From: Bacilli bacterium
GTDB taxonomy: Bacteria; Bacillota_I; Bacilli_A; ML615J-28; CAG-698
Direction: 5' to 3'
Length of the DNA: 50,097 nt
Assembly (NCBI GenBank): GCA_041675825.1
Contig: JBAYTC010000002.1
Coordinates: 1-50,097, forward strand
Positions within the stretch are counted from its first letter, which is position 1, and the number at the start of each line of letters is the position of its first letter. Positions 18,408 through 27,878 of this stretch are shown here, piece after piece. Made by a program: the position numbers and the translations under genes. The notes below the pieces were generated by a model. That model did no database searches and was not told the origin of the DNA. It worked only from the letters and a program-made list of their open reading frames with translations.

Positions 18408-18807
18408 AGAACTAACTATTAATTTTCCAAAAAGAAGAGGTTTTGTTAATATTACCAGAGAAATAGAAGCTGCTTTAAAAGAAAGTAATATTTCCGAAGG
18501 TATACTTTTATGTAATGCTATGCATATAACTGCGAGTGTATTTATTAATGATGATGAATCAGGGTTACACCAAGATTTTGAAAAGTGGCTCGAAGGTTTA
18601 GCACCTGAAAAGCCATACTCAATGTATAATCATAATGGGTATGAAGATAACGCTGATGCTCATTTGAAACGTTCTATTATGGGACGAGAAGTAGTTGTTG
18701 CCATAACAAATGGCAAGTTAGATTTTGGTCCTTGGGAACAAATATTTTACGGAGAGTTTGATGGTAAACGCAGTAAAAGAATTCTAATAAAGATAATAGG
18801 GGAATAA
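18391..18807 (+). CDS. YjbQ/UPF0047 family protein (secondary thiamine-phosphate synthase-like)
   Basis: Sequence ...[10 protein letters not shown]...[33 protein letters not shown]...[39 protein letters not shown] is the hallmark YjbQ fold pattern. ATG 18391 lies 6 nt after GGAGGT and overlaps the xseA stop by 17 nt. Confidence 0.8.
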   Translation: MKSYRKELTINFPKRRGFVNITREIEAALKESNISEGILLCNAMHITASVFINDDESGLHQDFEKWLEGLAPEKPYSMYNHNGYEDNADAHLKRSIMGREVVVAITNGKLDFGPWEQIFYGEFDGKRSKRILIKIIGE

Positions 18808-18808
18808 T

Positions 18809-19006
18809 ATGAAATTTGAAGATTTACTTAATGAATTAAAAGTTATAGTTTCTGAGTTAGAGAGTGGAACTTTAAGTCTAGAAGAATCAATTGAAAAATA
18901 CCAAAGAGGTATGGAGTTAAGTAGTTTATGTAAAAATAAATTACTAGAAGCAAAAGAAATAGTAGTTAATAAGATGAATGATAATTCCGATTTAGGGGAA
19001 AAATAA
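18809..19006 (+). CDS. xseB: Exodeoxyribonuclease VII small subunit
   Basis: 65 aa. FEDLLNELKVIVSELESGTLSLEESIEKYQRGMELSSLCKNKL is a typical XseB pattern. Confidence 0.9.
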   Translation: MKFEDLLNELKVIVSELESGTLSLEESIEKYQRGMELSSLCKNKLLEAKEIVVNKMNDNSDLGEK

Positions 19007-19007
19007 T

Positions 19008-19787
19008 ATGTTTGAAACCGAAAGAGCCATTATTGATAATAGGTTAAATGAGATAGTATCTAAATACACGGAAATTAAAGAAGCTGCCTCTTATGCCTTG
19101 TTCACTGGTGGTAAGAGATTAAGACCATTGCTTGTTCTTTTAACCTTAAAAGATTTAAATATTGATATTAAAAAAGGTTTAGATATCAGTTGTGCAATAG
19201 AAATGATTCATGCCTATTCTTTAGTTCATGATGATTTACCGGCAATGGATAATGATGATTTAAGAAGAGGTAAACCAACTAATCATATTGTTTATGGAGA
19301 AAATGTGGCTATTTTGGTTGGTGATGCTTTACTTACTGAAAGTTTCAATGTTATTGCAAACAGCAATATTGAAAGCAATAAAATAATAGAAATAATTAAG
19401 GTTATTTCTTCATTAGCTGGTGCTAATGGTATGATACGTGGCCAATATTTAGATTTAAAATCAGATGTTAGAACTATGGATGATATCAATTTGATTCATG
19501 ATCATAAAACCAAAGATTTAATAGAAGCATCTCTATTGAGTGCGGCGATAATTGCTGATGAAAATCTTGAAGATTATAAGAAAATTGCTTATTTCTTAGG
19601 GAAAGCTTTTCAGATTAAAGATGATTTAGATGATATTGATAAACAGGAAACTTCAACAATTCTTAGATTAATTGGTTATGAAAAATCTCATTCATTATTA
19701 GTTGAGTATCGTATAAGATGTTTAAATCTTATTGAAAATATTATAGGTAGAAAAGATTTATATAAACTTGTGGAGTTAATTATATGA
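19008..19787 (+). CDS. ispA: (2E,6E)-farnesyl/geranyl diphosphate synthase (short form, 259 aa)
   Basis: GGKRLRP, first DDxxD (VHDDLPAMDNDDLRRGKPTNH) and second DDxxD (FQIKDDLDD). The C-terminal region is shorter than typical IspA. Confidence 0.88.
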   Translation: MFETERAIIDNRLNEIVSKYTEIKEAASYALFTGGKRLRPLLVLLTLKDLNIDIKKGLDISCAIEMIHAYSLVHDDLPAMDNDDLRRGKPTNHIVYGENVAILVGDALLTESFNVIANSNIESNKIIEIIKVISSLAGANGMIRGQYLDLKSDVRTMDDINLIHDHKTKDLIEASLLSAAIIADENLEDYKKIAYFLGKAFQIKDDLDDIDKQETSTILRLIGYEKSHSLLVEYRIRCLNLIENIIGRKDLYKLVELII

Positions 19788-21577
19788 TGTTAAAAGACGT
19801 AAAATCACCAGATAACTTAAAAGAACTTTCTATTAAAGAGCTAAATACTTTAGCTTCTGAGATTAGAGAGTTTTTAATCGATAATTTAAGTAAAACTGGT
19901 GGTCATATGTCGAGTAATTTAGGGATTGTTGAAATGACAATTGCCCTACATTACGTTTTTAATAGTCCATATGATAAATTTATTTTTGATGTAGGTCATC
20001 AATCCTATGTTCATAAGATACTTACTGGCAGATTAGATAAATTTGATAGTTTAAGAAAAAAGAATGGTTTATCTGGTTTTATTAATTATAACGAAAGTAA
20101 TCATGATGTTTGGGAAGCTGGGCACTCTTCCACATCTTTATCAGCTGCTAGCGGTTTTTTAGAAGCAAAAGAAGCAGGAAAAGATATTGGAGAAGTTATT
20201 ACAATAATAGGTGATGGTTCGATACCAAATGGATTATCTTTTGAAGCTTTAAATTATTTAGGAGCTAAAACTAATCAAAAATCGATTATTATTTTAAATG
20301 ATAATGATATGAGTATATCTAAAAATGTTGGTAAACTTGCTAAAACTATGAGTAAAATTAGAATTAAAAAGTCTTACTCATTATTTAAGCGTTTAACACC
20401 GAAATTTATTCATCGCCATTTTTATAAGTTAAAAGTTGCTATGAGAAGTTATGTTTATCAACCTACTTTTTTTTCTTCGCTTGGTTTTAAGTATTATGGA
20501 CCAATTGATGGGCACAACATTGAAGATTTGATTAAATTTTTTATGTTTGCAAAGAAGACAAAAAGTTCTGTTTTATTACATGTGAAAACTATTAAGGGGA
20601 AAGGATATCCTTTTTCCGAGTTAGATACTACTGGAATATGGCATGGTGTGGGGCCTTTTGACATAAAAACTGGAAATTCTTTAAATAATAATCATATAGA
20701 TTATGTTAATTGGGGAGAAGGTATTTGCCAGCTTTTAGTTGATTTATACAATGATAAAGTAAGAGTTATTACTCCGGCAATGATTAGTGGTTCAAATTTA
20801 AGGGGTTTTCAAGAAAAGTATCCCAATAGTTTAATAGATGTTGGAATAGCTGAGGAACACGCAGTTGTTATGGCTGGTGCTATGGCTAGAAATGGCTTAA
20901 TTCCAGTTGTTTCAATTTATTCTACTTTCTTACAAAGGGCGTATGACCAATTAAACCATGATGTATGTAGAAGTAACAACCATGTTATATTCTTAGTTGA
21001 TCGTGCTGGCATTACTGGAGGGGATGGATCTACCCATCAAGGAATTTTTGATATATCCTTTATGACAGCATTACCAAATATTGTAATTTCTATGCCGAGA
21101 AATTTATCTGAAGCAAAAGGGCTTTTGAAATTAGCGCTTTTAGAAAATAAACCATTTGTAATTAGGTATCCTAAATCCAATGTTTTAAACACTGTTGAAG
21201 ATGTTGATATTTCGTTAGGAACTTGGGAAGAATTATATCCTATATCAGATATTAATATTCTTACATATGGTGATCAACTAGATAAGTATATATTAAAATT
21301 AAAAGATAAAGACTGTGGTTTAATTAATGGTCGATTTATTAAACCAATTGATGAAGTTATCTTAAAAAAACTTTCAAACAAGAAACTTATAATTATTGAA
21401 GAAGTGGTTAGGAATGGTTCATTAGCATCATTAATATTAGATTATAATAACCGATATAAATTAAATATAGAAATTGAGTCTTATGCAATTGATGATTTAT
21501 TTATTGATAGTGGAAGTATTGATGAGTTAAGAAAAGAGTTAAAATTAGATGTGGATAGCATTTTAGAAAAAATATAA
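19784..21577 (+). CDS. dxs: 1-deoxy-D-xylulose-5-phosphate synthase
   Basis: GGHMSSNLGIVEMTIALHYVF, the TPP-binding GDGS...N motif and IAEEHAV. 597 aa. Confidence 0.93.
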   Translation: MMLKDVKSPDNLKELSIKELNTLASEIREFLIDNLSKTGGHMSSNLGIVEMTIALHYVFNSPYDKFIFDVGHQSYVHKILTGRLDKFDSLRKKNGLSGFINYNESNHDVWEAGHSSTSLSAASGFLEAKEAGKDIGEVITIIGDGSIPNGLSFEALNYLGAKTNQKSIIILNDNDMSISKNVGKLAKTMSKIRIKKSYSLFKRLTPKFIHRHFYKLKVAMRSYVYQPTFFSSLGFKYYGPIDGHNIEDLIKFFMFAKKTKSSVLLHVKTIKGKGYPFSELDTTGIWHGVGPFDIKTGNSLNNNHIDYVNWGEGICQLLVDLYNDKVRVITPAMISGSNLRGFQEKYPNSLIDVGIAEEHAVVMAGAMARNGLIPVVSIYSTFLQRAYDQLNHDVCRSNNHVIFLVDRAGITGGDGSTHQGIFDISFMTALPNIVISMPRNLSEAKGLLKLALLENKPFVIRYPKSNVLNTVEDVDISLGTWEELYPISDINILTYGDQLDKYILKLKDKDCGLINGRFIKPIDEVILKKLSNKKLIIIEEVVRNGSLASLILDYNNRYKLNIEIESYAIDDLFIDSGSIDELRKELKLDVDSILEKI

Positions 21578-21591
21578 AGAGGTTTTAGATT

Positions 21592-23250
21592 ATGTTAGTT
21601 TCCTTAACAGTACAAAATTTCGCAATTATAGATAATATTCAAATTGATTTTGATAAAGGCATGAGCGTTTTAACAGGCGAAACCGGCGCTGGTAAATCTC
21701 TTATTATTGATGCAATTGGTTTATTATTTGGAAAAAGAGCATCTAATGAAATGATAAGACACACTGAAAATAAAGCAGTGGTTGAAGGCGTCTTTTCAAA
21801 TATTTGTAATGATTTAAGTGATTTACTGAATGAACTAGGTATTGAACTTAATGATGATTATCTTATAATAAAAAGAGAGATATATGAAAATGGGAAGAGT
21901 ATTTCTAGAGTGAACAATACTGTTGTAACTTTAAACCAGTTAACATCAATAAGTGAATATTTAGGAGACATTCATTCCCAAAATGATACTTTTGGGTTAA
22001 TCAATCCAAAAAACTATTTACGATTTATTACTAACAAAGATATTGATGATTGTTTATTAATTTATAAAGAAGAATATAAGGATTATCAATCAAAGAATAA
22101 AGAGTACAACACATTATTAGAAAGAAGTGTTTCTACAAAAGAAAAAGAAGAATTTCTTAGATATCAACTTAATGAAATTAATCGATTAAATATTTCAGTT
22201 GAAGAAGAAGCAGAACTAAAAAAAGAGTTAGATATAATTTCTAATAAAGAAGATGTTGTTAATAATATAGCAAATATAATTGAGACATTTGATGAAACAA
22301 ACATTTTAGATGCATTATATTCAATTAGTTTAAATTTTGAAAAGCTTTCTAAATATGATGATAACTATAAACAGTTACAAAAACAGGTTCTTGAAAGTTA
22401 TTACTCACTACAAGAAGTAAGAGATAATAAAAACATGAAAATATCTTATGGTGAGATGGATTTAGATAAAATTGATGATATAAATTCTAGGCTTGCTGTT
22501 TATTCTGATTTAAAAAGAAAATACAAAAAGTCTACTCCTGAGATTATTGAATATTTTAATGAGACAAAAAAAGAAGTCGATTTGATTGAAAACTTCGACT
22601 TCATATTAGAAAAGCTTCAAAAAGTTAAATTAGAAGCGTTCAATAAAGTATTAGCTACAGGAAAAAAACTAAGTGATTTAAGACGTCAAGCAAGTATTGA
22701 GATATCCTCGGAAATTAAGAAACATTTACAAGATTTACATATCAAAAATGCTCAGTTTGAAATTCAATTTATCAACCCTAATCAAGATGATTTGAGAATT
22801 GATGGGATTGATGTTATTGACTTTATGGTGTCATTTAACAAAGGTGAACCATTAAAACCTTTATCAAAATCACTTTCCGGTGGTGAAATGAGTCGTTTTA
22901 TGTTAGCTTTAAAAACGGTTATTGAAGATAATGTATTTCTTTCAACAAAAATATTTGATGAAATTGATAATGGTGTAAGTGGATCGGTTGCATATAGTAT
23001 TGGAGAAAAAATTAAATCAATTTCTAAAAACTCTCAAGTGCTATGTATTACGCATTTACCACAAGTAGCAGCCATAAGCAATGAACATTATCGTATTTCA
23101 AAATATATTCAAGATAATAAGACATACACGAAAGTTCATAAACTATCTTATGAAGAAAGAATTGTTGAAATAGCGTCTATGATTTCAAACGGTAGCCCTA
23201 GCAAAACAAGTCTTGATTTAGCAAAGGAATTATTGGATAATTATTCGTAA
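21592..23250 (+). CDS. recN: DNA repair protein RecN
   Basis: Walker A GETGAGKS, long coiled coil, SGGEMSR signature, Walker B FDEIDNG. 552 aa. Confidence 0.93.
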   Translation: MLVSLTVQNFAIIDNIQIDFDKGMSVLTGETGAGKSLIIDAIGLLFGKRASNEMIRHTENKAVVEGVFSNICNDLSDLLNELGIELNDDYLIIKREIYENGKSISRVNNTVVTLNQLTSISEYLGDIHSQNDTFGLINPKNYLRFITNKDIDDCLLIYKEEYKDYQSKNKEYNTLLERSVSTKEKEEFLRYQLNEINRLNISVEEEAELKKELDIISNKEDVVNNIANIIETFDETNILDALYSISLNFEKLSKYDDNYKQLQKQVLESYYSLQEVRDNKNMKISYGEMDLDKIDDINSRLAVYSDLKRKYKKSTPEIIEYFNETKKEVDLIENFDFILEKLQKVKLEAFNKVLATGKKLSDLRRQASIEISSEIKKHLQDLHIKNAQFEIQFINPNQDDLRIDGIDVIDFMVSFNKGEPLKPLSKSLSGGEMSRFMLALKTVIEDNVFLSTKIFDEIDNGVSGSVAYSIGEKIKSISKNSQVLCITHLPQVAAISNEHYRISKYIQDNKTYTKVHKLSYEERIVEIASMISNGSPSKTSLDLAKELLDNYS

Positions 23251-23254
23251 AAAA

Positions 23255-23275
23255 AGCCACCTAAATTAGGTGGCT
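23255..23275. terminator. Hairpin between recN and the convergent small gene
   Basis: AGCCACCT aaatt AGGTGGCT, with an A-run on the plus side (= U-tract for minus-strand transcripts). Confidence 0.6.
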
Positions 23276-23285
23276 TATAATATTA

Positions 23286-23310
23286 AAAAAGACTTATTTA
23301 AAAGTCTTTT
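23286..23310. terminator. Second, bidirectional hairpin terminator
   Basis: AAAAGACTT attta AAGTCTTTT. A/T runs on both sides. Confidence 0.6.
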
Positions 23311-23503
23311 ATTGGTTCATTCTGTCAATTAGAACCCAAATTAATGCAACAACAGGTAATAATACTGTCCCTGCAACAATTAGATAAACAATTACTTTGC
23401 CTAATTTTGTCTTAGCTGGACTTTTACGTAATTCTATTTCTACAGAATTGTCCATTCTTTTTCGGGTTTTAATAAAAGCTTCTTTGTCTTTATTCTTCTT
23501 CAT
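23309..23503 (-). CDS. Small membrane-anchored protein (64 aa; basic N-terminus, single C-terminal TM)
   Basis: ATG 23503 lies 6 nt after an AGAGGTG Shine-Dalgarno (the track start at 23512 is a GTG inside the SD). TM segment VIVYLIVAGTVLLPVVALIWVLI. Preferred over the overlapping plus-strand ORF. Confidence 0.6.
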   Translation of the reverse strand: MKKNKDKEAFIKTRKRMDNSVEIELRKSPAKTKLGKVIVYLIVAGTVLLPVVALIWVLIDRMNQ

Positions 23504-23586
23504 TTCATTCACCTCTTATGCCATTTGTATTATTATACCACATCAAAACAAAAAAATAAATATAATTATAAATTTTAATGATTTTA

Positions 23587-23595
23587 TGCTATAAT
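23587..23595 (+). promoter_or_regulatory. Extended -10 element TGcTATAAT before dinB
   Basis: TGCTATAAT at 23587-23595, AAGGTGG at 23601-23607, ATG at 23612. Nearly identical to the rsmE cassette. Confidence 0.5.
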
Positions 23596-23611
23596 ATTAT
23601 AAGGTGGTATT

Positions 23612-24814
23612 ATGCAACAGAGTATAAATTATAGAATTATTTTTCATATTGATATGAATAGTTTTTATGCATCTTGTGAGCAAGCAAATAATAAAGACTT
23701 GATAGGAAAACCAGTTGTTGTAGCCCATAATGATGTATTTAGGAAAAGTATAATTTTAACTGCATCCTACGAAGCCAGAAAATATGGAATAAAAACAACC
23801 ATGATGGTCAGAGACGCAATTAAATTATGCAATGATTTAATTGTAATAGAGCCGAATTTTGAATTATATCAACACTATTCTCAAGTGTTTTTTGATTATT
23901 TACGAACAATATCTAACAAGCTAGAAGTAACTTCGATTGATGAAGGTTATATGGATTTAACTGATGTTTGTCAAAAAGTAAATGCTTTAGAACTTGCAAA
24001 CACTATTCAACAAACTCTACTAAATAAATATCAACTACCATGTAGTATCGGGATAGCTCCTAACAAGTTTTTGGCTAAAATGGCATCTGATATGAAAAAG
24101 CCACTTGGTATTACAGTTTTAAGAAAAAGAGAAATCGAATCACTTTTATGGCCATTACCTATTGGAAGTATGTATGGTGTTGGAAAAAAAACAGCTCCAA
24201 GATTACAAGAAATTGGTATTCATACTATCGGAGACATTCACGGAGTAAACCATGACAAACTAAGAGAAGTAGTTGGAAAATCGATGCTTGAGTATTTATT
24301 GAATCGCTCAAAAGGAATAGATGATTCTGAAGTTGACTATTACTCATTCGATTCTGTTTCTTCTATAAGTAATTCGCATACCTTTGATTATAATCTTTTA
24401 AATGTGAAAACAATGAAAGACACACTTAAAGTTTTAAATAATAGTGTTAGTGCTAGATTAACTAGTAAGAATTTAGTTGCTAATACAATAGGAATACAAA
24501 TTAAGTATGGTGATTTCAAATTAATAAATCGTAGTAAGGGATTAGTTCAACCGATAAATGATAGTTTAGAAATGTGGAACATCGTTGAAGAATTATTTGA
24601 TGAACATTATGATTGGGTTAGCGAAGTTCGTTTAGTTGGGGTGTTTGCAACAAGATTATCAGATGAGTCTAGTGATCTTAAGCAAATTTCAATTTTTGAT
24701 GATTTTGATAAATTAAATAAAGAAGAGCATGTTAGCAATGTATTAAACAAAATAAATGAAATGTATAAAAATAAAATAATTAATATAGGAATTAATAATA
24801 AGAAGGGTGAGTAA
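23612..24814 (+). CDS. dinB: DNA polymerase IV (Y-family)
   Basis: IFHIDMNSFYASCE, SIDEGYMDLT, and little-finger and HhH regions (GVGKKTAPRLQEIGIHTIGD). Confidence 0.92.
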   Translation: MQQSINYRIIFHIDMNSFYASCEQANNKDLIGKPVVVAHNDVFRKSIILTASYEARKYGIKTTMMVRDAIKLCNDLIVIEPNFELYQHYSQVFFDYLRTISNKLEVTSIDEGYMDLTDVCQKVNALELANTIQQTLLNKYQLPCSIGIAPNKFLAKMASDMKKPLGITVLRKREIESLLWPLPIGSMYGVGKKTAPRLQEIGIHTIGDIHGVNHDKLREVVGKSMLEYLLNRSKGIDDSEVDYYSFDSVSSISNSHTFDYNLLNVKTMKDTLKVLNNSVSARLTSKNLVANTIGIQIKYGDFKLINRSKGLVQPINDSLEMWNIVEELFDEHYDWVSEVRLVGVFATRLSDESSDLKQISIFDDFDKLNKEEHVSNVLNKINEMYKNKIINIGINNKKGE

Positions 24815-24815
24815 A

Positions 24816-25661
24816 ATGTATTTAGGCTTAGTAAGTAAATATAAAGTTGAAAGAGAAACAGATTTAGGTTATATGATTAGTGATGAAACAGGAGAATATT
24901 TTCTTCATCATAATGAATGTAACGGGAATTATTATAAGGATGGGGAAATAATTGAAGCATTCTTATATGTAGATAAGATGAAAAGAATTGCAGCTACTGC
25001 CCATATACCTTACATCACTACCCAATCAATTGGTATATGTGAAGTTGTTGGAAACAGTTCGGCTGGTGTATTTCTAAATATTGGGATTAGCAGAGATATA
25101 CTATTATCAAGTGATGATTTGCCAGAAAAAAAATGGCCGGAGATTGGAGATAAATTGTGTTGCACACTAAGAGCAAGAGGAAGATCTTTATTCATAAAAC
25201 TTTTATCTAAACCAGAAATTCTAGAACATACTAATGGAGATTTAGAAGTTAACCAAAAATATGAAGCTTTTGTGTATAGAATTACTGATAAAGGCATAAA
25301 TGTTGTAACTAACAATTTTAATGTTGTTTTTATTTATTACAAACATCTACGTAAAGATTATCGAATTGGTGAAAGAGTAGAAGTGAAAATAATAGATTTT
25401 AAAGATAATGATTATTATGGAACTTTAATTTCTCAAAAAGAAACAATGATGCAAGATGATTCTCTGGTTATTATGGAGTACTTAAAAAGTCACCATGGTG
25501 TAATGAATTTCACATCAAATACAGATCCCGAACTAATTTTTAATGTTTTTAAAATGAGTAAATCAGCATTTAAAAGAGCATTAGGAAAACTATTTAAAGA
25601 ACATAAAGTAATTCTTGAAGATGATAAAACAATCATGGTAGATTATTTGAAAAATAAATAG
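24816..25661 (+). CDS. cvfB: S1-like RNA-binding protein, CvfB/YitL family
   Basis: Track start (GTG 24807) trimmed to ATG 24816 after AAGGGTGAG. Repeated S1-like modules (GYMISDETGEYFLHHNE...; VFLNIGISRDILLSSDDLPEKKWPEIGDKL) plus a C-terminal winged-helix tail (SKSAFKRALGKLFKEHKV). Confidence 0.75.
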   Translation: MYLGLVSKYKVERETDLGYMISDETGEYFLHHNECNGNYYKDGEIIEAFLYVDKMKRIAATAHIPYITTQSIGICEVVGNSSAGVFLNIGISRDILLSSDDLPEKKWPEIGDKLCCTLRARGRSLFIKLLSKPEILEHTNGDLEVNQKYEAFVYRITDKGINVVTNNFNVVFIYYKHLRKDYRIGERVEVKIIDFKDNDYYGTLISQKETMMQDDSLVIMEYLKSHHGVMNFTSNTDPELIFNVFKMSKSAFKRALGKLFKEHKVILEDDKTIMVDYLKNK

Positions 25662-25728
25662 AAGATTTCAGCATATAATCATATTCAAACTTTGTTTTTG
25701 AATCAATTTAACTAAATCGGAGGTAAAT

Positions 25729-26343
25729 ATGAATAATAAGATTACTAATGATCAAGAAACTAACACAAAAACCAATAAAGTTTGGATGATTACTAAACTT
25801 ATATTTTTATCAATATTTAAAGTTATATATAAAACATTTCAGGCTGTAAAATTCTTTTTCACTATACCATTGCTTTCATTTGCTTCTAGTGTATTTGTTT
25901 TATTATTTGCATTAGTCTTCAAACCTTTGGTTAATGCATTACCAGATTCAATTAATAATGGATTTATTGAATCGTTTCTAGCAGCTATAATCTTCGTTCT
26001 ACTAAGATTTTTCATTTATCGCGACAAATTAATATATGACAAGGACTTTGATCATAGCAAGAGTTTATCGGGATTCATTTTCTCAATTGTTTTTTGGGTA
26101 TTACCAATATTATTATTTAAAAATGAAACCTTATTTGCACAAGAGTTTTTAGAACAAGGTAGAGCATACACACCTTTCTCGCTAATATATGTCGCATTAT
26201 ATTTACCACACATGTGGTTATCAACTTTATTTGGTGAGTTCTTATATGTAGTGATGGGTGGTTTAGTTTTAAATAGTATTATTGCAGCAACGTCTACTGG
26301 AATATTAACTAAACTATTCATTGAAGAAGTAACAAATAATTAA
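25729..26343 (+). CDS. Hypothetical polytopic membrane protein (204 aa)
   Basis: Strong Shine-Dalgarno (CGGAGGT, 7 nt before the ATG). At least 5 hydrophobic segments. No family recognised. Confidence 0.65.
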   Translation: MNNKITNDQETNTKTNKVWMITKLIFLSIFKVIYKTFQAVKFFFTIPLLSFASSVFVLLFALVFKPLVNALPDSINNGFIESFLAAIIFVLLRFFIYRDKLIYDKDFDHSKSLSGFIFSIVFWVLPILLFKNETLFAQEFLEQGRAYTPFSLIYVALYLPHMWLSTLFGEFLYVVMGGLVLNSIIAATSTGILTKLFIEEVTNN

Positions 26344-26344
26344 A

Positions 26345-26373
26345 TTGACAAGATTTTTAATAATTGGTATAAT
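26345..26373 (+). promoter_or_regulatory. Consensus sigma-A promoter for the T-box/hisS run
   Basis: TTGACA (26345-26350), exactly 17 nt, TATAAT (26368-26373). Confidence 0.8.
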
Positions 26374-26379
26374 ACTAAT

Positions 26380-26591
26380 ATAAACCAAGGAAGTAGTATT
26401 TGTATATTGTTTTTGCTTAAGAGAGAAGTGGGTTGGTGTAACACTTTCAAAAATTATATATTGTTGACGACTATGGAGGTTCTTATAAGACGTATAGTTT
26501 GCGTTAAAAACTTTATTAAGTGCATCGAAAGATGAATTAAGGTGGCACCGCGGTTATTATCGTCCTTAAATGATTTTTAAGGACTTTTTTT
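26380..26591 (+). promoter_or_regulatory. T-box leader (tRNA-sensing transcription attenuator) for hisS-aspS
   Basis: AGAGA bulge (about 26420-26426). Distal stem-loop AGTG-GGTTGGTGTAA-CACT. T-box sequence AATTAAGGTGGCACCGCGG (26536-26554). Terminator GTCCTTAAA tgatt TTTAAGGAC + T7 (26562-26591), whose 5' arm can alternatively pair with the T-box AAGG. Confidence 0.88.
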
Positions 26592-26612
26592 GATATTATT
26601 TGGAGGTATATT

Positions 26613-27878
26613 ATGAGTTATCAAAGAGTAAAAGGCACACAAGATTTTTATAATGATTCAATTTTGAAATTACGCTATGTAGAAAAACTAACATTAGAAA
26701 TAGCAAAAAATTATGGATTTAAAGAAATTAAAACACCGATATTTGAGAATACTGAGGTTTTCACAAGATTAGGTGATGAAAGTGATGTTGTGAAAAAAGA
26801 AATGTACACTTTTATGGACAAAGGAAACAGAAGCATTACTTTAAGACCAGAAGGCACGGCAGGTGTTGTTAGAAGTTTTATTGAGAACAAACTATATGCA
26901 AATAATCTTCCTTTAAATAAACTCTGCTATTTTGGTCCGATGTTTAGATATGAAAGACCACAAGCCGGAAGATTTCGAGAATTTAACCAATTTGGTGTTG
27001 AGGTGTTTGGAGCAGGAACTCCATTACTAGATGCTGATGTAATAATTAGTGCATATAATATTTTTAAATCTTTAGGAATTGAAAATATCAAGTTAAAAAT
27101 CAACTCGATTGGAGATTTTGAATCAAGACAAAACTATTCAAAGGCACTAGAAAAATATTTTGCTTCAAATATAGAAAATATGTGTAGTGACTGTAATAGA
27201 AGACTGGTTACAAATCCTATGAGAATATTAGATTGTAAAGTTGATAAAAACAATCCGATATTATTAAATGCACCCAATATAAATGAATATCTCAATCAAG
27301 ATTCCATAAAATATTTTAATGAAGTATTAAGTGTATTAGATGCTTTTAATATAAATTATGATGTTGATTATAATTTAGTGCGAGGATTAGATTATTATAC
27401 TGATACTGTATTTGAGTATGTTATCGAAAGTGATGATGAATTAAACTCCCTAGCAATTTGTGCAGGTGGAAAATACTCATCATTAGTAAAAGAGATGAGC
27501 AATCAAGATATACCAGGAATTGGTTATGCCTTTGGGGTTGAAAGAATAATTGCAATAATGGAAAAGCAAAATAAATTTAAAGATATAGAATATACTACGG
27601 ATGTACAAATCATTAGTCTTGATGAAATCTCAAAACTATATAGTTTAAAACTTGCTAATGAACTTAGATTATCTGGTTATGTTGCAGAAATAGACTATAC
27701 GAACATCACGATGAAACATCAGTTTAAATTAGCCGATAAAATTAATCCTAAATTCATTATTATTGTTGGTGAGGATGAAATTAAAAATAATAAGTTTACA
27801 ATTAAAAATTCATATAATAAAGAACAAGTCACAATAAATAGTCAAGATTTACTAACATTTTTGAAGGAGAATTTATAA
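26613..27878 (+). CDS. hisS: Histidine--tRNA ligase
   Basis: Class II aaRS motifs (RYERPQAGRFREFNQ; GGKYSSL...GIGYAFGVERI). 421 aa. Confidence 0.94.
   Translation: MSYQRVKGTQDFYNDSILKLRYVEKLTLEIAKNYGFKEIKTPIFENTEVFTRLGDESDVVKKEMYTFMDKGNRSITLRPEGTAGVVRSFIENKLYANNLPLNKLCYFGPMFRYERPQAGRFREFNQFGVEVFGAGTPLLDADVIISAYNIFKSLGIENIKLKINSIGDFESRQNYSKALEKYFASNIENMCSDCNRRLVTNPMRILDCKVDKNNPILLNAPNINEYLNQDSIKYFNEVLSVLDAFNINYDVDYNLVRGLDYYTDTVFEYVIESDDELNSLAICAGGKYSSLVKEMSNQDIPGIGYAFGVERIIAIMEKQNKFKDIEYTTDVQIISLDEISKLYSLKLANELRLSGYVAEIDYTNITMKHQFKLADKINPKFIIIVGEDEIKNNKFTIKNSYNKEQVTINSQDLLTFLKENL

Noticed and set aside
23397-23594. 65-aa plus-strand ORF overlapping the small minus-strand membrane protein gene.
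   Set aside because: The minus-strand ORF has a proper AGAGGTG Shine-Dalgarno, a clean TM helix and downstream terminators. The plus-strand ORF has none of these and would run into the dinB promoter.
23513-23611. Searched the dinB upstream region (and the short recN upstream region, 21578-21591) for a LexA/Cheo box (GAAC-N4-GTTC).
   Set aside because: No GAAC...GTTC element is present, so there is no evidence here for SOS control.
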